Counted from the first letter of the stretch, positions 30,726 through 45,882 are shown. The stretch: 64,000 bases of DNA from Eledone cirrhosa (GCA_964016885.1 OZ024756.1:2666001-2730000); one strand, 5' to 3'. The notes: generated by a model from the sequence alone, not told the origin. Program-made: numbers and translations.

Positions 30726-30741
30726 CATACATATATATATA

Positions 30742-30801
<60 letters not shown>

Positions 30802-30820
30802 CATATATATATATACATAC

Positions 30821-30989
<169 letters not shown>

Positions 30990-31018
30990 CATATATATAT
31001 ATATATATATTATATTAT

Positions 31019-31081
31019 ATTTTATTTGATGAAAGCACACCATAATTTAACTTAGTGTTCTTGAAATATGTATAATGAAAT
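31019..31081 (+). ncRNA. Hammerhead-like motif with TTGATGA core
   Basis: attttat-TTGATGA-aagcac...gtgttctt-GAAA-tatgta-TA-atgaaat. Relatives at 31340-31595, 54477-54540 and 57830-58020. Confidence 0.55.
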
Positions 31082-31267
31082 AAATATGGTTTTATAAATA
31101 TAGTTTCCATTTGTTAATATCGTATATATATATATATACATACACACATATATATATATATATATAATGTGTGTGTGCGTTTTTATATATCTGTATAACT
31201 ATATAATAAAACACAATTGTCAACTAAGAATCACTGTATGATAGCTTTTTATATGGGTGTACGTGTG

Positions 31268-31344
<77 letters not shown>

Positions 31345-31592
31345 AAGGATTTATTTAATTTGTTGGGATTCAACAAGCTTAAACATTTTTATAACTGATA
31401 TAAAGCACTCAACAGTTTAGTGGAGTAAATACACAATATATTAATAAATGGAAACTATATTTATAAAACCATATTTATTTTATTATACATATTTCAAGGG
31501 CAACCCTTGAAATATGTATAATATGGTTGCCCTTGAAATATGTATAATAAAATAAGTAGGGTTTTATAAATATAGTTTCCATTTATTAATAT

Positions 31593-31705
<113 letters not shown>

Positions 31706-31967
31706 GAGAGGGATGAACACAGTTACAAGTATATATGTGTTCCAATTGCAAATGACCAAGTTAGCTAAGTTGAAAAGATACTAATTTAAAACAATATGTT
31801 TTGCCTGACTCGATTTAAAGTAATTGGAACACATGTATATCTGTGTTTATCCCTCTCATATATTCAATTATATTACACTGCTCGGAAAGATTCCTTTCTT
31901 TGAGCTATTTAATTATAAAAAACTATTTTGAGTTTCTAACTCAATCTATGATATATATGTGTATATA

Positions 31968-32933
31968 TATCACCTTGATCACCTTGACCGACCAGTCTGT
32001 CAGGCGTCCATTCAGCGCCGCTGGTCACAGCACGCCGTCCATTCCTCTTTGGATCGTGCTTTTCTCATCCATGTAGTCCCAATCGTATTCTTAAAAATCG
32101 TAACTCCACCCTTGTGGAGGCCTTCCGAGTAGTCATTTCCGCTCGCGTGGGTACCACTCGGCAACTGCGCGGGTCCACCGATTATCCGTGAACCGGGCGA
32201 CGTGTCCAGCCCATCTCAACTTGCTGTGCATATATTCCGTGATGACGTCCCTCACGCCGGACTTCTCTCTGATGACTTCGCTCCTGATGTGCTCTCTCAA
32301 CGAGATTCCTAGCATTGATCTCTCCGGATGCACCACCGTCATAGCTCTGCTGTGATCACCCGTACGAGTGCCGGTCGAGAAGGGAGTGAAGCAAGGAGAT
32401 ACGTTCTCTCCAAACTTTTTCACCGCGTGTCTCGAGCAGATCATCAGAGGCATTGACTGGCAAGGCGGTGTCAACATCATCGGCGAGATACTTACCCACC
32501 TCCGTTTCACTGATGACATCGAACTCATCGCTGAAACCACGGATCAGCTTCAGACCATGTTGACGGAGCTCGACATCAAAAGCTCTGCAGTAGGCCTCAA
32601 GATGAACCGCATGAAAACTAAGTTCATGCGGTCCGACAACGTACCAACAGGTCGAATGGTGGTTGGCGGTGATGAAATAGATGAAGTGGCGGAATACGTC
32701 TACCTGAGACAAGAAGTGAGCATGCACCGAGACATTGAGAGTAAGGGCCGGATGGAAGGCGTTCAACGGCATAAGGGATGTGCTCAAGGGGAGGTTGGAC
32801 AAGACCATCCGCGCCAACCTCTTCAATAGCACAGTTTTACGTACAATGTTATATGGCAGTGAAACTTGGACTACAACGAAGAGAGAAGAGCAGAGCCTGA
32901 TAACGGCTCAAAGAGCCATGGAGAGATCAATGC

Positions 32934-32935
<2 letters not shown>
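31968..32935 (-). mobile_element. RTE LINE 3' fragment with 5' inversion
   Basis: Plus-strand 32345-32935 encodes RT KGVKQGDTFSP..LRFTDD..YVYL..YGSETW..AMERSML. Minus-strand 32325-32100 continues ERSMLGISLREHIR..RWAGHVAR. Tail is (TCAAGGTGA)2. Confidence 0.9.
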
Positions 32936-32968
<33 letters not shown>

Positions 32969-33182
32969 AATATCCTTATAATAATACGCAAGTGTCAATT
33001 GAGAACCACTCTACGCTAGATTTATTTGGGGAATCTTCCTCCCTAACACTGTGTCTCACAACAGTGTTGACAAGATGCTTAGTAGTCAAAAACAATAGCT
33101 ATCTATAGCTACCTACATATGTGTATCTACGTCATCTGACAATAAATACATGATCTATTTGTCTGATTCTCTCTCTCTCTCA

Positions 33183-33320
<138 letters not shown>

Positions 33321-33327
33321 AAAATAT

Positions 33328-33480
<153 letters not shown>

Positions 33481-34296
33481 TGTTTTGTGTTCTTTGGCAA
33501 TGTATCCGTTGTCGATAATTCATGCTTCAAAATATATTCTGTTACTAATTGCTGATGGTTCTGCACTGATTTAGGTTTTACTGAAATTGTTGAGAAGGCG
33601 CCGAATAGGTGGAGCCGTTAGAACACCAGATAGAGATTATTGCGGTGGAATTAGTTCAGGCTCTCTATGTTCTGAGTTTAAGCCCCGCCGATGTTCAAAT
33701 TGTTTTTCATCTTTTCGACGTCGGAAAAAAACATTGGAATTTATTCTTACTCTATATCTATTCATCACTTCCCCTCTAATATTTTCCCTATCTCCGTCTC
33801 TGAATGAATTCGGTTCTGGTCAGACCTGGGGAATTGATGGGTTCCGCCAGGTTTTAAAATATCCAAGAGCTGCTCTATGTCACTACGTCACCCTTACGAC
33901 TCCACCTGGATTGAGGTGTTGTTCATACAAAACAATACAATATTGTTTGCGTTTGAAATGATTTAAAAACAATATGTTATCTCTTTTCATAACGATGGAG
34001 TATTTATGATTATCTGTTGGTCTCTAGGTTAATGAACGAAACATTTTATAAAGGGGGTTAATGATGTAAAATGTTTAGATCATTAATCTCCTTTATAAAA
34101 ATACTTGGCCCTTTCATTATCAAGGGCAGTAGTAAACAGGAAAATAAATAGATAAATAAATAAATCAGTAAATATACAGAATATAAAATAAACGATGAAG
34201 TTAAGACTAGTAACATATGAACTAGATTCATCGGATCAAGAGAGATTATCATCAAGAAGGAACCAAATGATAGTGAAATGACTTCTTTACCCATTC

Positions 34297-34580
34297 GGCA
34301 GCCATGTTATATCTACCACCAGAGACATGAAAAGACGGGCTCTGGTTGAAGCTTTTCAATAGCCATGTTACATCCACGCCCAGAAGTGTAAAATGACAAG
34401 CTGTGGACGAGGACCATTTGGCAGCCATGTTGAATCCATGACCAGGTGTAAAAAGACAGTGTGTAGACGAGGATGTCTGCAGTCATATAACCAAAGAGGT
34501 AACAAAACCGGATGTGGACGAGAATGTCGGCAGCCATGTTACATCCACGACCAGAGTCGTAAAAAGACAGGCTGTGGTCG
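34297..34580. repeat. Degenerate tandem repeat (ggcagccatgttacatcc... units)
   Basis: Motif cagccatgtt recurs about 4 times, with tggacgag between copies. Confidence 0.6.
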
Positions 34581-34849
34581 TCAGATATCCTTGGGTGTTG
34601 AATTGATGAAGTCAAAAATTCCTCTCACCTAATATACTTCTTCATTAACTTTAGAACATCAAAACTCTCTCTGTCTTCGGACGCCGAGACCTTTTATCTT
34701 ACTACACCGTTGAATATGTCTGTTGTTTCTAGGAAATCGAGTAAATGCCAAGAAGCACCTACCTAGGATAAAATTCTGTTTATGTGAATGAAGTTAATGA
34801 ATGACATAAACTAACGTTAACAAAACAGCATGCAACACTTTCATGACAT

Positions 34850-34898
<49 letters not shown>

Positions 34899-35172
34899 AT
34901 GTATGTCTGTCTGTTTGTCTGTCTGCCTGTCTGACTGTCTGTCTGTCTGTCTGTCTGTCTATTTACCTACCTACATATCAATCTATCTACCTAGCTATCA
35001 GCCTCTGTCTATCTAACACACACACTCTCTCTCTCTACCTATCTATCTATCAATCTACTTATATAACTATCTATCTCTCTATCTACCTACCCATCTCTCT
35101 CTATGTATCTAACTACATCTCTCTATGTATCTAACTACATCTCTCTATCTATCTATCTATCTATCTATCTAA

Positions 35173-35223
<51 letters not shown>

Positions 35224-35927
35224 ACTACCTATCTATTTCTCTCTCTATCCATTTCTCTCTCTATCTACCTACCCATCTCTCTCTCTCTATCTAACTACAT
35301 CTCTCTCTATCCATCTCTCTCTCTATATATATATCTATTTATCTACCCATCATACGTTATTCCAACCGAGTCTGTAATCATACTCTAGAAACACGATATT
35401 CAGTCTGAATCCTATCTGCAACTGCTTACAAGATGCTACTACAGGATATTACCAATGTGCAGCTTTAGTCTGTAAAACCTTGAATTGCCAGATTAGTTTC
35501 ACCATGTTGCGTACGGTACAACTGTAGTAATGGAGGAAGGTTGTATTTCACTGATATAATATTAGCAAGGAAAAGGGCACAGTCTGTACTCGGTGTTCAT
35601 TTTACTCTCGTCTAGTAAAACAAAATGGTGACTGGCGACTGTTGTTGTAAATGAGATGAAAGGAATCACACGTTATGTCTTACATCAACTAGAAACCGTA
35701 TCAAGATCTGTGTTAACTTAATGAGTGACACAACAGGGTGCATTATTTCGTGGTGCAGTTTATACGAGTGCAGTGTTTTTCAGTGCAATATCGCTTTGGC
35801 ACTAATCACTCGCTAGATGGAATTCTGTGCGTTCTTAAAATATCAGACATTCCACGATTAAAGAGGGAGAGAAACAGACGTACAGACAAACAGATATAGA
35901 TATAGATATAGATATATATATATATAT

Positions 35928-36003
<76 letters not shown>

Positions 36004-36117
36004 CTCAATAACTACTTCAGCCGCCATCTAATACTGATAATATTGCCATGTCTAATTCCATAGCAAATATCCACTGTAATAACACCGTTGCGGCTGATAT
36101 TTCTGCCAGAATTGTAA

Positions 36118-37585
36118 ACCACCTCCACCTTCACCCCCACCTTCACCACCACCACCACCATCACTACCACCACTACCATCATCATCATCGCTACCTTCAC
36201 CACCATCGCCACCACCACCACTACTACCATCACCACCACCACCGCCACCACCACCACCGATACTACCATCACCACCACCACCGCCACCACCACTACTACC
36301 ATCACCACCACCACCACCGCCACCACTACTACCATCACCACCATCACAACCACTACCATCATCATCACTACCTCCACCACCACCATCATCACTACCTTCA
36401 CCACCACCACCATCACCACTACCACCACTACCACCATCATCACCACCACCACCACTACCTTCATCATCACTACCTTCACCACCACCACCATCACTCCCTT
36501 TACCACCACCAGCACCACCACTACCACCATCATCATCACCACCACCACCACTACCATCACCATCACTACCTTCACCACCACCACTACCACCATCATCACT
36601 ACCACCACCATCACCACTACCATCAGCATCACACCCACCACCACCACCACCACCACCACCATCATCACTACCTTCACCACCACCACCACCACCACCACTA
36701 CCATCATTATCACTACCTTCACCACCACCACCACCACCACTACCATCATTATCACTACCTTCACCACCACCACTACCACCACCACCACCACTACCATCAT
36801 TATCACTACCTTCACCACCACCACCACCACCACTACCACCACCACCACTACCATCATTATCACTACCTTCACCACCACCACCACCACCACTACCACCACC
36901 ACCACTACCATCATTATCACTACCTTCACCACCACCACCACCACCACTACCATCATTATCACTACCTTCACCACCACCACCACCACCACCACCACCACAA
37001 CTACCATCATTATCACTACCTTCACCACCACCACCACCACCACTACCACCACCACCACTACCATCATTATCACTACCTTCACCACCACCACCACCACCAC
37101 TACCATCATTATCACTACCTTCACCACCACCACCACCACCACCACCACCACCACTACCATCATTATCACTACCTTCACCACCACCACCACCACCACTACC
37201 ACCACCACCACTACCATCATTATCACTACCTTCACCACCACCACCACCACCACTACCATCATTATCACTACCTTCACCACCACCACCACTACCACCACCA
37301 CCACTACCATCATTATCACTACCTTCACCACCACCACCACCACCACCACCACCACCATCATTATCACCACCACCACCACCACCACCACCACTACCATCAT
37401 TATCACTACCTTCACCACCACCACCACCACCACCACTACCATCATTATCACTACCTTCACCACCACCACCACCACTACCATCATCACCATCACTACTTTC
37501 ACCACCACCACTACCATCACCATCACCGCCGCCGCCACGACAATCATCATCACCATCATCAACACCATCGTCATCATCTCCATTA
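36118..37585. repeat. (CAC)n compound micro/minisatellite
   Basis: Recurring cactaccatcattatcactacctt(cac)n units. Confidence 0.95.
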
Positions 37586-38611
37586 CCTAATCACAGACAT
37601 CTTGTCTCCGACGACTAAAAGGAGCCCTCGTTTTATGATATAATCCTTTCCAATGAATTCCTAGAACTAACCAACTGTATCAGCTGTATACAAGTTTATG
37701 TTGGTGCGGTGCCTCCTTTCTTAAACTTTGCTTTGTTTCAATCATCGGACTTCTTCCCATATTAACGCAGCAACTCACACACACAAACCAGGAATTCCAC
37801 GACCTAACGTAGGAAGCCATGTATGTTCACGTTATCTGCTGAAAATAGCAGCCATATCGCCCTCAAATTATGCCCTTCTCTTTCAAAATTGGAAAAAAAA
37901 TAGACTTTGGACATCATGGTTCTAGATGCACCATGTTTGAACAAGGAGAGAAAGGAAACGATAGGGAAAGGAGGGGCGTCTTTAAATCCTGTTGGAGTCG
38001 TAAGGATGGCGTCCAGATACACGGCGGCGTGGGAGGATCTTAGGTATTTTAAACTTGATGGCGCCCTTCATTTCACGATCAGGACATCTAATTTGTTAGA
38101 GAGATAGATATATAGAGAGATAGATAGATAGATAGAGAGAGGGAGCGAGAGAGATAGGGGGGGGGGAGAGAAATAGATAGATAGATTGTGTGTGTAGTGT
38201 GTACGTGTGAGAGTGAGAGAAAGATAGTGAGTGAGAGAGAGAGATTCAATCCCAGCACTTTATGAATCAAGTCCCAAAAGATGAAGGGCACAGGTGACCA
38301 CGGTGGGATTTAAACACAACGCTGTGAGGCTGAATAAATACTGAGACCCTTTAATCTGGCGTCCTGATCCTTCTGATCATTGGTCGCCTTCGGAAGAAGA
38401 ATAACATGTTTAAACACACAGATTTTCTCATTTGGTGTTGATCAAACCCTAATAAGACCTCGTTATAGCTCATAGGTTCTCAAACTTTTGGAGCCACCCT
38501 CTCCCACAGCCCCACAATACCCTCAGCGCCCCCACCCCTATTTCCAGACACACCTGCCTACACGTAAATTGTAAATAATATATTAATAAAATCGTTAAAT
38601 GATATATAATA

Positions 38612-41600
38612 AATAATTGTTTCTACTTTAACCAACAATTAACCCAGCGTATGACTGGTATTTATTTTATCGACCCCGTAAGGATGAAAGGCAAAGTTAA
38701 CCTTGGTGGGATTTGAACTCACAACACAAAGAGCCATAACTCTATGCTGCAAAGCATGGTGTTTGATGCACTACCGATTCTGCCAATCCACCACCCTTCT
38801 AATATTGGTTTCGACCCCAGTACGTTACTGGTACTTTATTTTATCGAACCCGTAAGGATGAAAGCCAAAGTTAACCTCGGCGGGATTTGTACTCAGACAG
38901 TAAAGGATAGAAAATTTATGCTGCAAAGCATGGCGTCCGACCTTCTACCGATACTGCCAATCCCCTGCCCTAGCATGGCGTCCGACCCTCTACCGATACT
39001 ACAAATCCCCCGCCCTAGCATGGCGTCCGACCCTCTACCGATACTGCCAATCCCCCGCCCTAGCATGGCGTCCGACCCTCTACCGATACTACAAATCCCC
39101 CGCCCTAGCATGGCGTCCGACCCTCTACCGATACTACAAATCCCCCGCCCTAGCATGGCGTCCGACCCTCTACCGATACTACAAATCCCCCGCCCTAGCA
39201 TGGCGTCCGACCCTCTACCGATACTACAAATCCCCCGCCCTAGCATGGCGTCCGACCCTCTACCGATACTACAAATCCCCTGCCCTAGCATGGCGTCCGA
39301 CCCTCTACCGATACTACAAATCCCCCGCCCTAGCATGGCGTCCGACCCTCTACCGATACTGCCAATCCCCCGCCCTAGCATGGCGTCCGACCCTCTACCG
39401 ATACTACAAATCCCCCGCCCTAGCATGGCGTCCGACCCTCTACCGATACTGCCAATCCCCCGCCCTAGCATGGCGTCCGACCCTCTACCGATACTGCCAA
39501 TCCCCCGCCCTAGCATGGCGTCCGACCCTCTACCGATTCTGCCAATCCATTGCCCTTCTAATATAATAAATAATATAATATATACTATATAGAAATAAAT
39601 ATTATATATTTTTTATTTTACTATATTTATATATAATTGTTTCTACTTTTGGCACAAGGCCAGCAATTATCCCAGTGCATTACTGGTACTTTATTTTATC
39701 GACCCCGTAAGGATGAAAGGCAAAGTTAACCTCGGCGGGATTTGAACTCAGAATGACAAGGGCCGTAACTCTATGCGTCAAAGCATGGCGTCCGACTCTC
39801 TACCGATACTGCCAATCCATGACCATATATATCATTTGATATATAATATACTATTATATCATCTCTAATCGCTACCCCCACCACCTTGGGCCCCAGCGTC
39901 CCCCTGGACCTTCTCAACGTCATCCAGGGGACGGTAGCGGCCACTCTGGGAACCTCTGTCATAGCCCATTGAATTCAACACCTCAGCATATTCTTTTCGG
40001 GTCTCTGTGCCCTCACCAAGGTCAAATGTATGTGAGAACTTTCTGTTATTAGAGTGCGGCCATGCTGGGGCGACAATTTCAAGAATTTAATTGTATCTAT
40101 TTACCACAGCACTTATTTTAATCTGGGAAATATAAAAATGTCCTTTTGTTGTACACACACACACATACACACACACACACACAACACACACACATATATA
40201 TATATATGTATGTGTGTATATTCAATAGATCATATTTATATTGTACTAAATCAGCAAGTCTCCCCCCCCCTCCCTTTGTTGTCCCAGTAATTTACCAGTA
40301 ATTAACCACTGCACCAGTTCACACTTTACACAATGAGAAAACATATTGATGAATGATTACATAACACTACACACACATACACACGTACACATACACATAT
40401 ACACACATACATACATACACATATACACATACACAACACACACACACACACACTCATACACACATACACACACTCATTCACACATGTACACATATACATA
40501 CACGCACATACACATACACACACACACCCACACATACCCGCACGCATAATACCACACATACACATACACACGCACACAAATCTAACCCCAACACAGATTC
40601 ACTCACACACATAAATATACCCCACGACATATACACACACACAAACATACCCCCCACACATACACACGCATACACTCACTTACATACCCCCCCCCCTACA
40701 CACACGTATAAACATACCACCCACCCCCGTACATATTTTATGAAACGTTCTAAGTGATATTTCAGTTGTATAACTATACTTGCATTATGTGGGATGTCTA
40801 AGTACAGTTGTCCAGCAGAACCGGTAGAGCGTCGGACAGAATTCTTTGCGGTAACTAGTTAGGAATTTCTAATTTCTGAGCTCAAATCTAGCTGTGGTTA
40901 ATGTTGCTTTTCTCCCTTCCAGGACCGGTAAAATAATGTACCAGTTAAATACTGGAGTCGACAAAATTGATTTTACCTTCTCTCAAATTGCTGACCTTCC
41001 AAGTATTATTAATGTTACTTTTCTGCCTTCCAGGACCGATAAAATAATTGTTTCTACTTCTGGCTCAAGACCAACAATTATCCCAGTGTATTACTGGTAC
41101 TTTATTTTATCGAGCCCGTAAGGATGAAAGGCAAAGTTAACCTCGACGGGATTTGAAATCAGACCATAAAGGGCTGTAACTCTTTGTTGCAAATCATGGC
41201 GTCTGACCCTCTACCGATACTGCCAATCCACCGCCCAGGACCGATAAAATAATGTACCAGTTAAATACTGTAGGTCGTTAGAATTGACTTTAGCTTCTCT
41301 CAAATTGCTGACCTTCCAAGAATTATTTCGGGTGTATGTATGTTTTGTAAACCTTTATTTTTCTGTATTTTGCTGGTAATTTATTTTATTGACCCCCAAA
41401 AGGACGAAAAGCAATTACGACCGCAACAGGATTTGAGCTGAGAACGTAAAAAATCGTAAATAAATAGCGCTTAGCATTTTGGCGGTCGCTCTACCGATTC
41501 AGCCAGTCCACAGCCTTGATACTACCATAATGGCTACTCATTTAGGCACAAGGCCAATAATTGGGGGAGAGGGGAAAGTCGATTAAATCGATCTTAGTAG

Positions 41601-41760
41601 ATTAATGCTACTTTATTTTATCGATCTAATAAGGATGAGTGGCATAGCTAACCTCGGTGGGATTTGAACTCAGGACGTAAAGAGACGTAACTATATGTCA
41701 CAAAGCATGTTACCCAATGCTCTACCGATTGTGACAGTCCAAAACCCCTGACACTACCAT
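38612..41760. mobile_element. Cluster of ~8 tRNA-derived SINE copies
   Basis: Copies at ~38612, 38805, 39634, 41044, 41370 and 41540 (-), and ~40810 and 41237 (+, partial). Confidence 0.8.
38926..39556 (-). repeat. 45-bp minisatellite (~14 units) made from the SINE 5' end/A box
   Basis: Unit tagcatggcgtccgaccctctaccgatactacaaatcccccgccc equals the reverse complement of the SINE head. Confidence 0.92.
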
Positions 41761-42869
41761 AATAAAAACGTGTACTTTGTGTAACAAAATCCCAAATCCA
41801 TAGGAAAAAAGAAATAGTCCTAACAAGCCGAAGACAATTCGTCCTCGAGGACGCCGCACCCTAATTTTGACAACCAAAAATGTTAAAAAATATAACAATC
41901 AACCCTCGGCCCCCAGGACGCATGCTAGATTTTTGACACCTAGTTTAGGAAAAAAGTAGCCTCTTCGACGCCGGGAAATATAGTAAATGTTTTTGTAGGC
42001 GATGAATTAGCAGATTGTTAGAGCGACGGATAGAATGATTTGTTCGAGTTCTCTTCTCTTTGAGTTCAAATCCCACCGAGATCAAAGAGTCGCTCCATGT
42101 AGAGCCACTACTTCTCTGAAATTAGGGATTACAGCCCCGATATTATGAACATATGGTTCTAATGTCTCAGGAAAGAATCACATGACAGATTTTTTCGGGA
42201 AAAATCAACTGGCAGGAAACCCAGCGGTAAATTCCGGCCCCCGAGCAAGATGGTTGGATAACAGCCATGAACTCGGCTGGTCTCACTTAGGAATCCAACC
42301 GAGTCAATTGGAAACGATTGCTTCTGACAGGACCCCCTGGAAGAGTGTTTGAAGGCTCTGCCCCCACGACCCCACCAGGAATAAATGGTAGGAGAAGAAG
42401 AAAATACTCAGTATTCGCCACATAAATTCCAAAAGGTAAATATATAGTAAATTTCGGTCAGTCCCACACGATCTTTGCAACCATGAGGTTACTATCAGTT
42501 GAGTGAAAGCTCACGCAAGAGGATCAACAAAATTTCCTTGGTTCGATCGAAGTTGTGACACTTAAACTTCTCTTAAACTCTGGAAGAAAAATGAAATAAC
42601 ATTAAATCGTAAATAAATATATGAATGGAGAATGCTGTCAATTGTTACGCAGTGACCCCCTTATGTTGATTATGATTAATAATTATGAAGAACTCACGTG
42701 GGGTTGACAACTGTAACATCACACGTCAGAAGCTGAAATACTGCATCCGGTGTTCAGGGACATCTGGTCTAGTGGCTTATGTAATGAGGCAGTTAAATTA
42801 ATCATTAGCGCTAATAGCAGCATATTGACATCAGTCAATAGAAACAACAACAACAACCAAAACACCAAC

Positions 42870-42918
<49 letters not shown>

Positions 42919-43857
42919 TCAATATTAATAATAATAATGATAATATAAATATTCTTTTAATTATCACAAATCTTCAGTATTTCCAGCTTTGCCCGCAAAT
43001 TGTGGCTGCTTACGGGAATCAATTGGGGATGAATTTCTCACGCTGTTCCAGAAACTTCGCACTTATGTAACCATGACATCGACTTCCGGTCACCCCTCTA
43101 CCCAATCCCCTCCTCAACCCCGACCCAATACCGTGATGTACTGAACTACATCCTATCATTTGGCCTCATTGTCCTTCAGTTACTCCCACACCCGATAGCT
43201 CTAAACTACGAACCTTCTCTATTTTTTATATTAAATTGTTCTCACCTTTCAGGCTTCAGGCTAACATACAAACTATCCCTGGGTCTCGAATAATCCCCCC
43301 CCCCAACACTTATCGCCGCTTTCACCCTTAACGGGATCTTCTGAAACTGTTACTTTAATAAATATTTGCTCTATGGTTTTTATATATTTGATATTTGTTT
43401 TTATATATTTGGCCTTATATATCGCGCCCTCTTCGGATTTTAGTCTTCACATTTATTATTATTACTATATATATATATATATATATAGTGGTAGAACATA
43501 GTGGTAATATCCGTAGTGGTAGAGCACTCAGTCCATGGGACGAGTTAGGTAGAAGTGGTTACACAACAGTTAGTTCACCATACCGAGAAAAATTGTTTCA
43601 CCTTAGCGGATCCTCAGCTATATAAGTGGTTACACAACATATATAAGTGGTTACACAACAGTTAGTTCACCATATATATATATATAGGGGAAAAAGATGA
43701 AATCGAAAATGCAACTGGAGTCTTTTTAAAAATATTTATTTGTTTCCTTTACCGGTTTCACAGTTCTGTGAAACCGGTAAAGGAAACAAATAAATATTCT
43801 TAAAAAGACTCCAGTTGCATTTTCGATTTCATCTTTTTTCCTTATACTTTCACTCAT

Positions 43858-44185
43858 ACTAAGAGTGAGAAATGAAATTTCGTTTCATTTTTTCCGTTTA
43901 TCGTTTTCGGTGCGCCCGGCCGATTAACTCACTTGATATGCACATTAGGCTGCTCAGCCGTTAATATGCATAAGGAAAGTAAATACTTTCAGACGTTCAA
44001 CCATCTGGTAGGAAGGTATACGTTGCTGACGATAGCTAATAAGCTTGAAACTAGTACAGCGTTCCTTTGTCAGTGTTGAACAAAAGGGCAACGATGGTTG
44101 CTATAGGATGTACGGCTTAATTCGGGATGTTTGTTTACAAACACACCGAACATTATAATAAATGTTCGGTAAATCCATACGTACA
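43858..44185 (+). mobile_element. Diverged single partial monomer of retrozyme family A
   Basis: Colinear with array A. HHR 44021-44061 cgttg-CTGACGA-tagc taataa gctt-GAAA-ctag-TA-cagcg. Confidence 0.85.
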
Positions 44186-44189
44186 TGTT

Positions 44190-44736
44190 CCCGAAGCTGA
44201 AGAAGCTCAGGGTATCCACTTTGAGGATGTGGAGGGGATGAACGGGGCTATGACAAACGCCCTGGACACCTTCGCTCTGAAGGACTACAAAGGGGTGGAC
44301 CTTCCAGATGTGACTGGAGCACTACAACAAGTGGAATGAAGTTGGAGGATCCTACATTGAGGGAGACTAGAGTTTTGTGGTGGAAGAGTGCTACACGAGA
44401 CTCGTGAGGATGGCTCTGAACATTAATCAGTATACACTGAGGATGAAAAACTCAGAGCTGTATGGGAGCCTCCCAAAAGTCAGCTCAAAAGTGAAACAGA
44501 GGAGACTGAGGTTAGCTGGACATGCGCACCGACATCCAGAGTTGACATTGCAATCGGTGCTCCGGTGGGAGCCCCTACATGGACACACTGGAAGAAGAAG
44601 ACCAAGGTTAACGTATGTTGATGCCCTAAGGACAGACACTGGTCTATTGGAGACGCAGGACATGGCAGCGATAATGAAGGACAGAGACCGCTGGAGAGAA
44701 CTCGTCCATGGATCTCGGGAATTTTACCCGCCCTAG
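44190..44736 (+). mobile_element. RTE-related LINE 3' fragment
   Basis: [52 protein letters not shown]. Confidence 0.8.
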
Positions 44737-44822
44737 ATATAGATATATATATACGTATAGACAGTTACACACATATATATACATACATATATATATACAT
44801 ATATATACAAATACATGTATAT

Positions 44823-44883
<61 letters not shown>

Positions 44884-44951
44884 TATGCATATACATGTAT
44901 ATACATATATATATATATATATACATATATATACATATACTAGTATATATT

Positions 44952-44993
<42 letters not shown>

Positions 44994-45713
44994 GTTAAAA
45001 GAATAGAGGTGTAACACACAAGTTATTATATATTGGTAAACGGAATAGAAAATGCTGACAAATTGTTCACAGTTGAAAAATGGTTTAATTAGGAATAAAA
45101 GAGTATTAGTGATTGTATGGGTTAGTATTCAGTTGTGGTTTTAAGTTTTTAAGTTTTTACCGGTTGCGCATTTCTAAATGCTTTTCAAAAATAATTTTGA
45201 GATAGAGTGTCCGTGCTGTTTGCTCTGAAGTTTTTGCGTAAGCTTGTGTATGTACGTTTTTGTTTGCGTGTATGTATTTATTTATTTCTATTACTTCTGT
45301 ATTGTATTTATTTACTTTGTTCTTAACTCTGTAGCGGAGATTCATTTGGTCTCCTAGTTAGAATTTAGTCTACGACTTCTGCTATACCATTTACGTGGTT
45401 TTGTCTTTGCGTGCTATTGTTCTCCACGCTCCACATATGACGTATTATCTTCGTTTTTTTCGTTCATCGCCAGAGAACGTCTCTATGCACCACCTAAGAG
45501 AACATTAGTCTACGGCCTCTATTATACCATAAACGTGGTTCTGTCTTTGCGCGTAATTGTTTTTCACCGCTCTTATTAATGACGTATTATATTCGTTTTT
45601 TCCCGTTCTTAGACAGCGAACGTTTCCACGAACCAAAGTATCGTCTTCCTGTCTTCCTCCGGTTGCAACGTTTTTTGAAATATCCAGTTCTGCGTTTACA
45701 GATTGACTTTGTT

Positions 45714-45764
45714 AGTTTCAGAAGATCCCGTTAAGGGTGAAAGCAGCGATTCTCTGCTTAAACT
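45714..45764 (+). ncRNA. Hammerhead-like motif with CAGAAGA core in a PLE-like 3' end (44995-45875)
   Basis: agttt-CAGAAGA-t ccc gttaa ggg t-GAAA-gcag..ctgc-TT-aaact. Confidence 0.7.
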
Positions 45765-45882
45765 TTAATCTGTTATTTTAATAAATATTTGCTCTACGGT
45801 TCTTATATATTTGATATATATTTATCCTTATCGAGCCCTCTTTGGATTTTAGTCTTCAAATTTATTATTATTACTATATATG

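Noticed and set aside
36012-37643. 531-aa His-rich and 523-aa Val-rich ORFs
   Set aside because: A (CAC)n repeat lacks stops by composition; no domain or gene context.
38926-39556. CRISPR-like array (also 62062-62428)
   Set aside because: Contiguous repeats without unique spacers; eukaryotic context, no cas genes.
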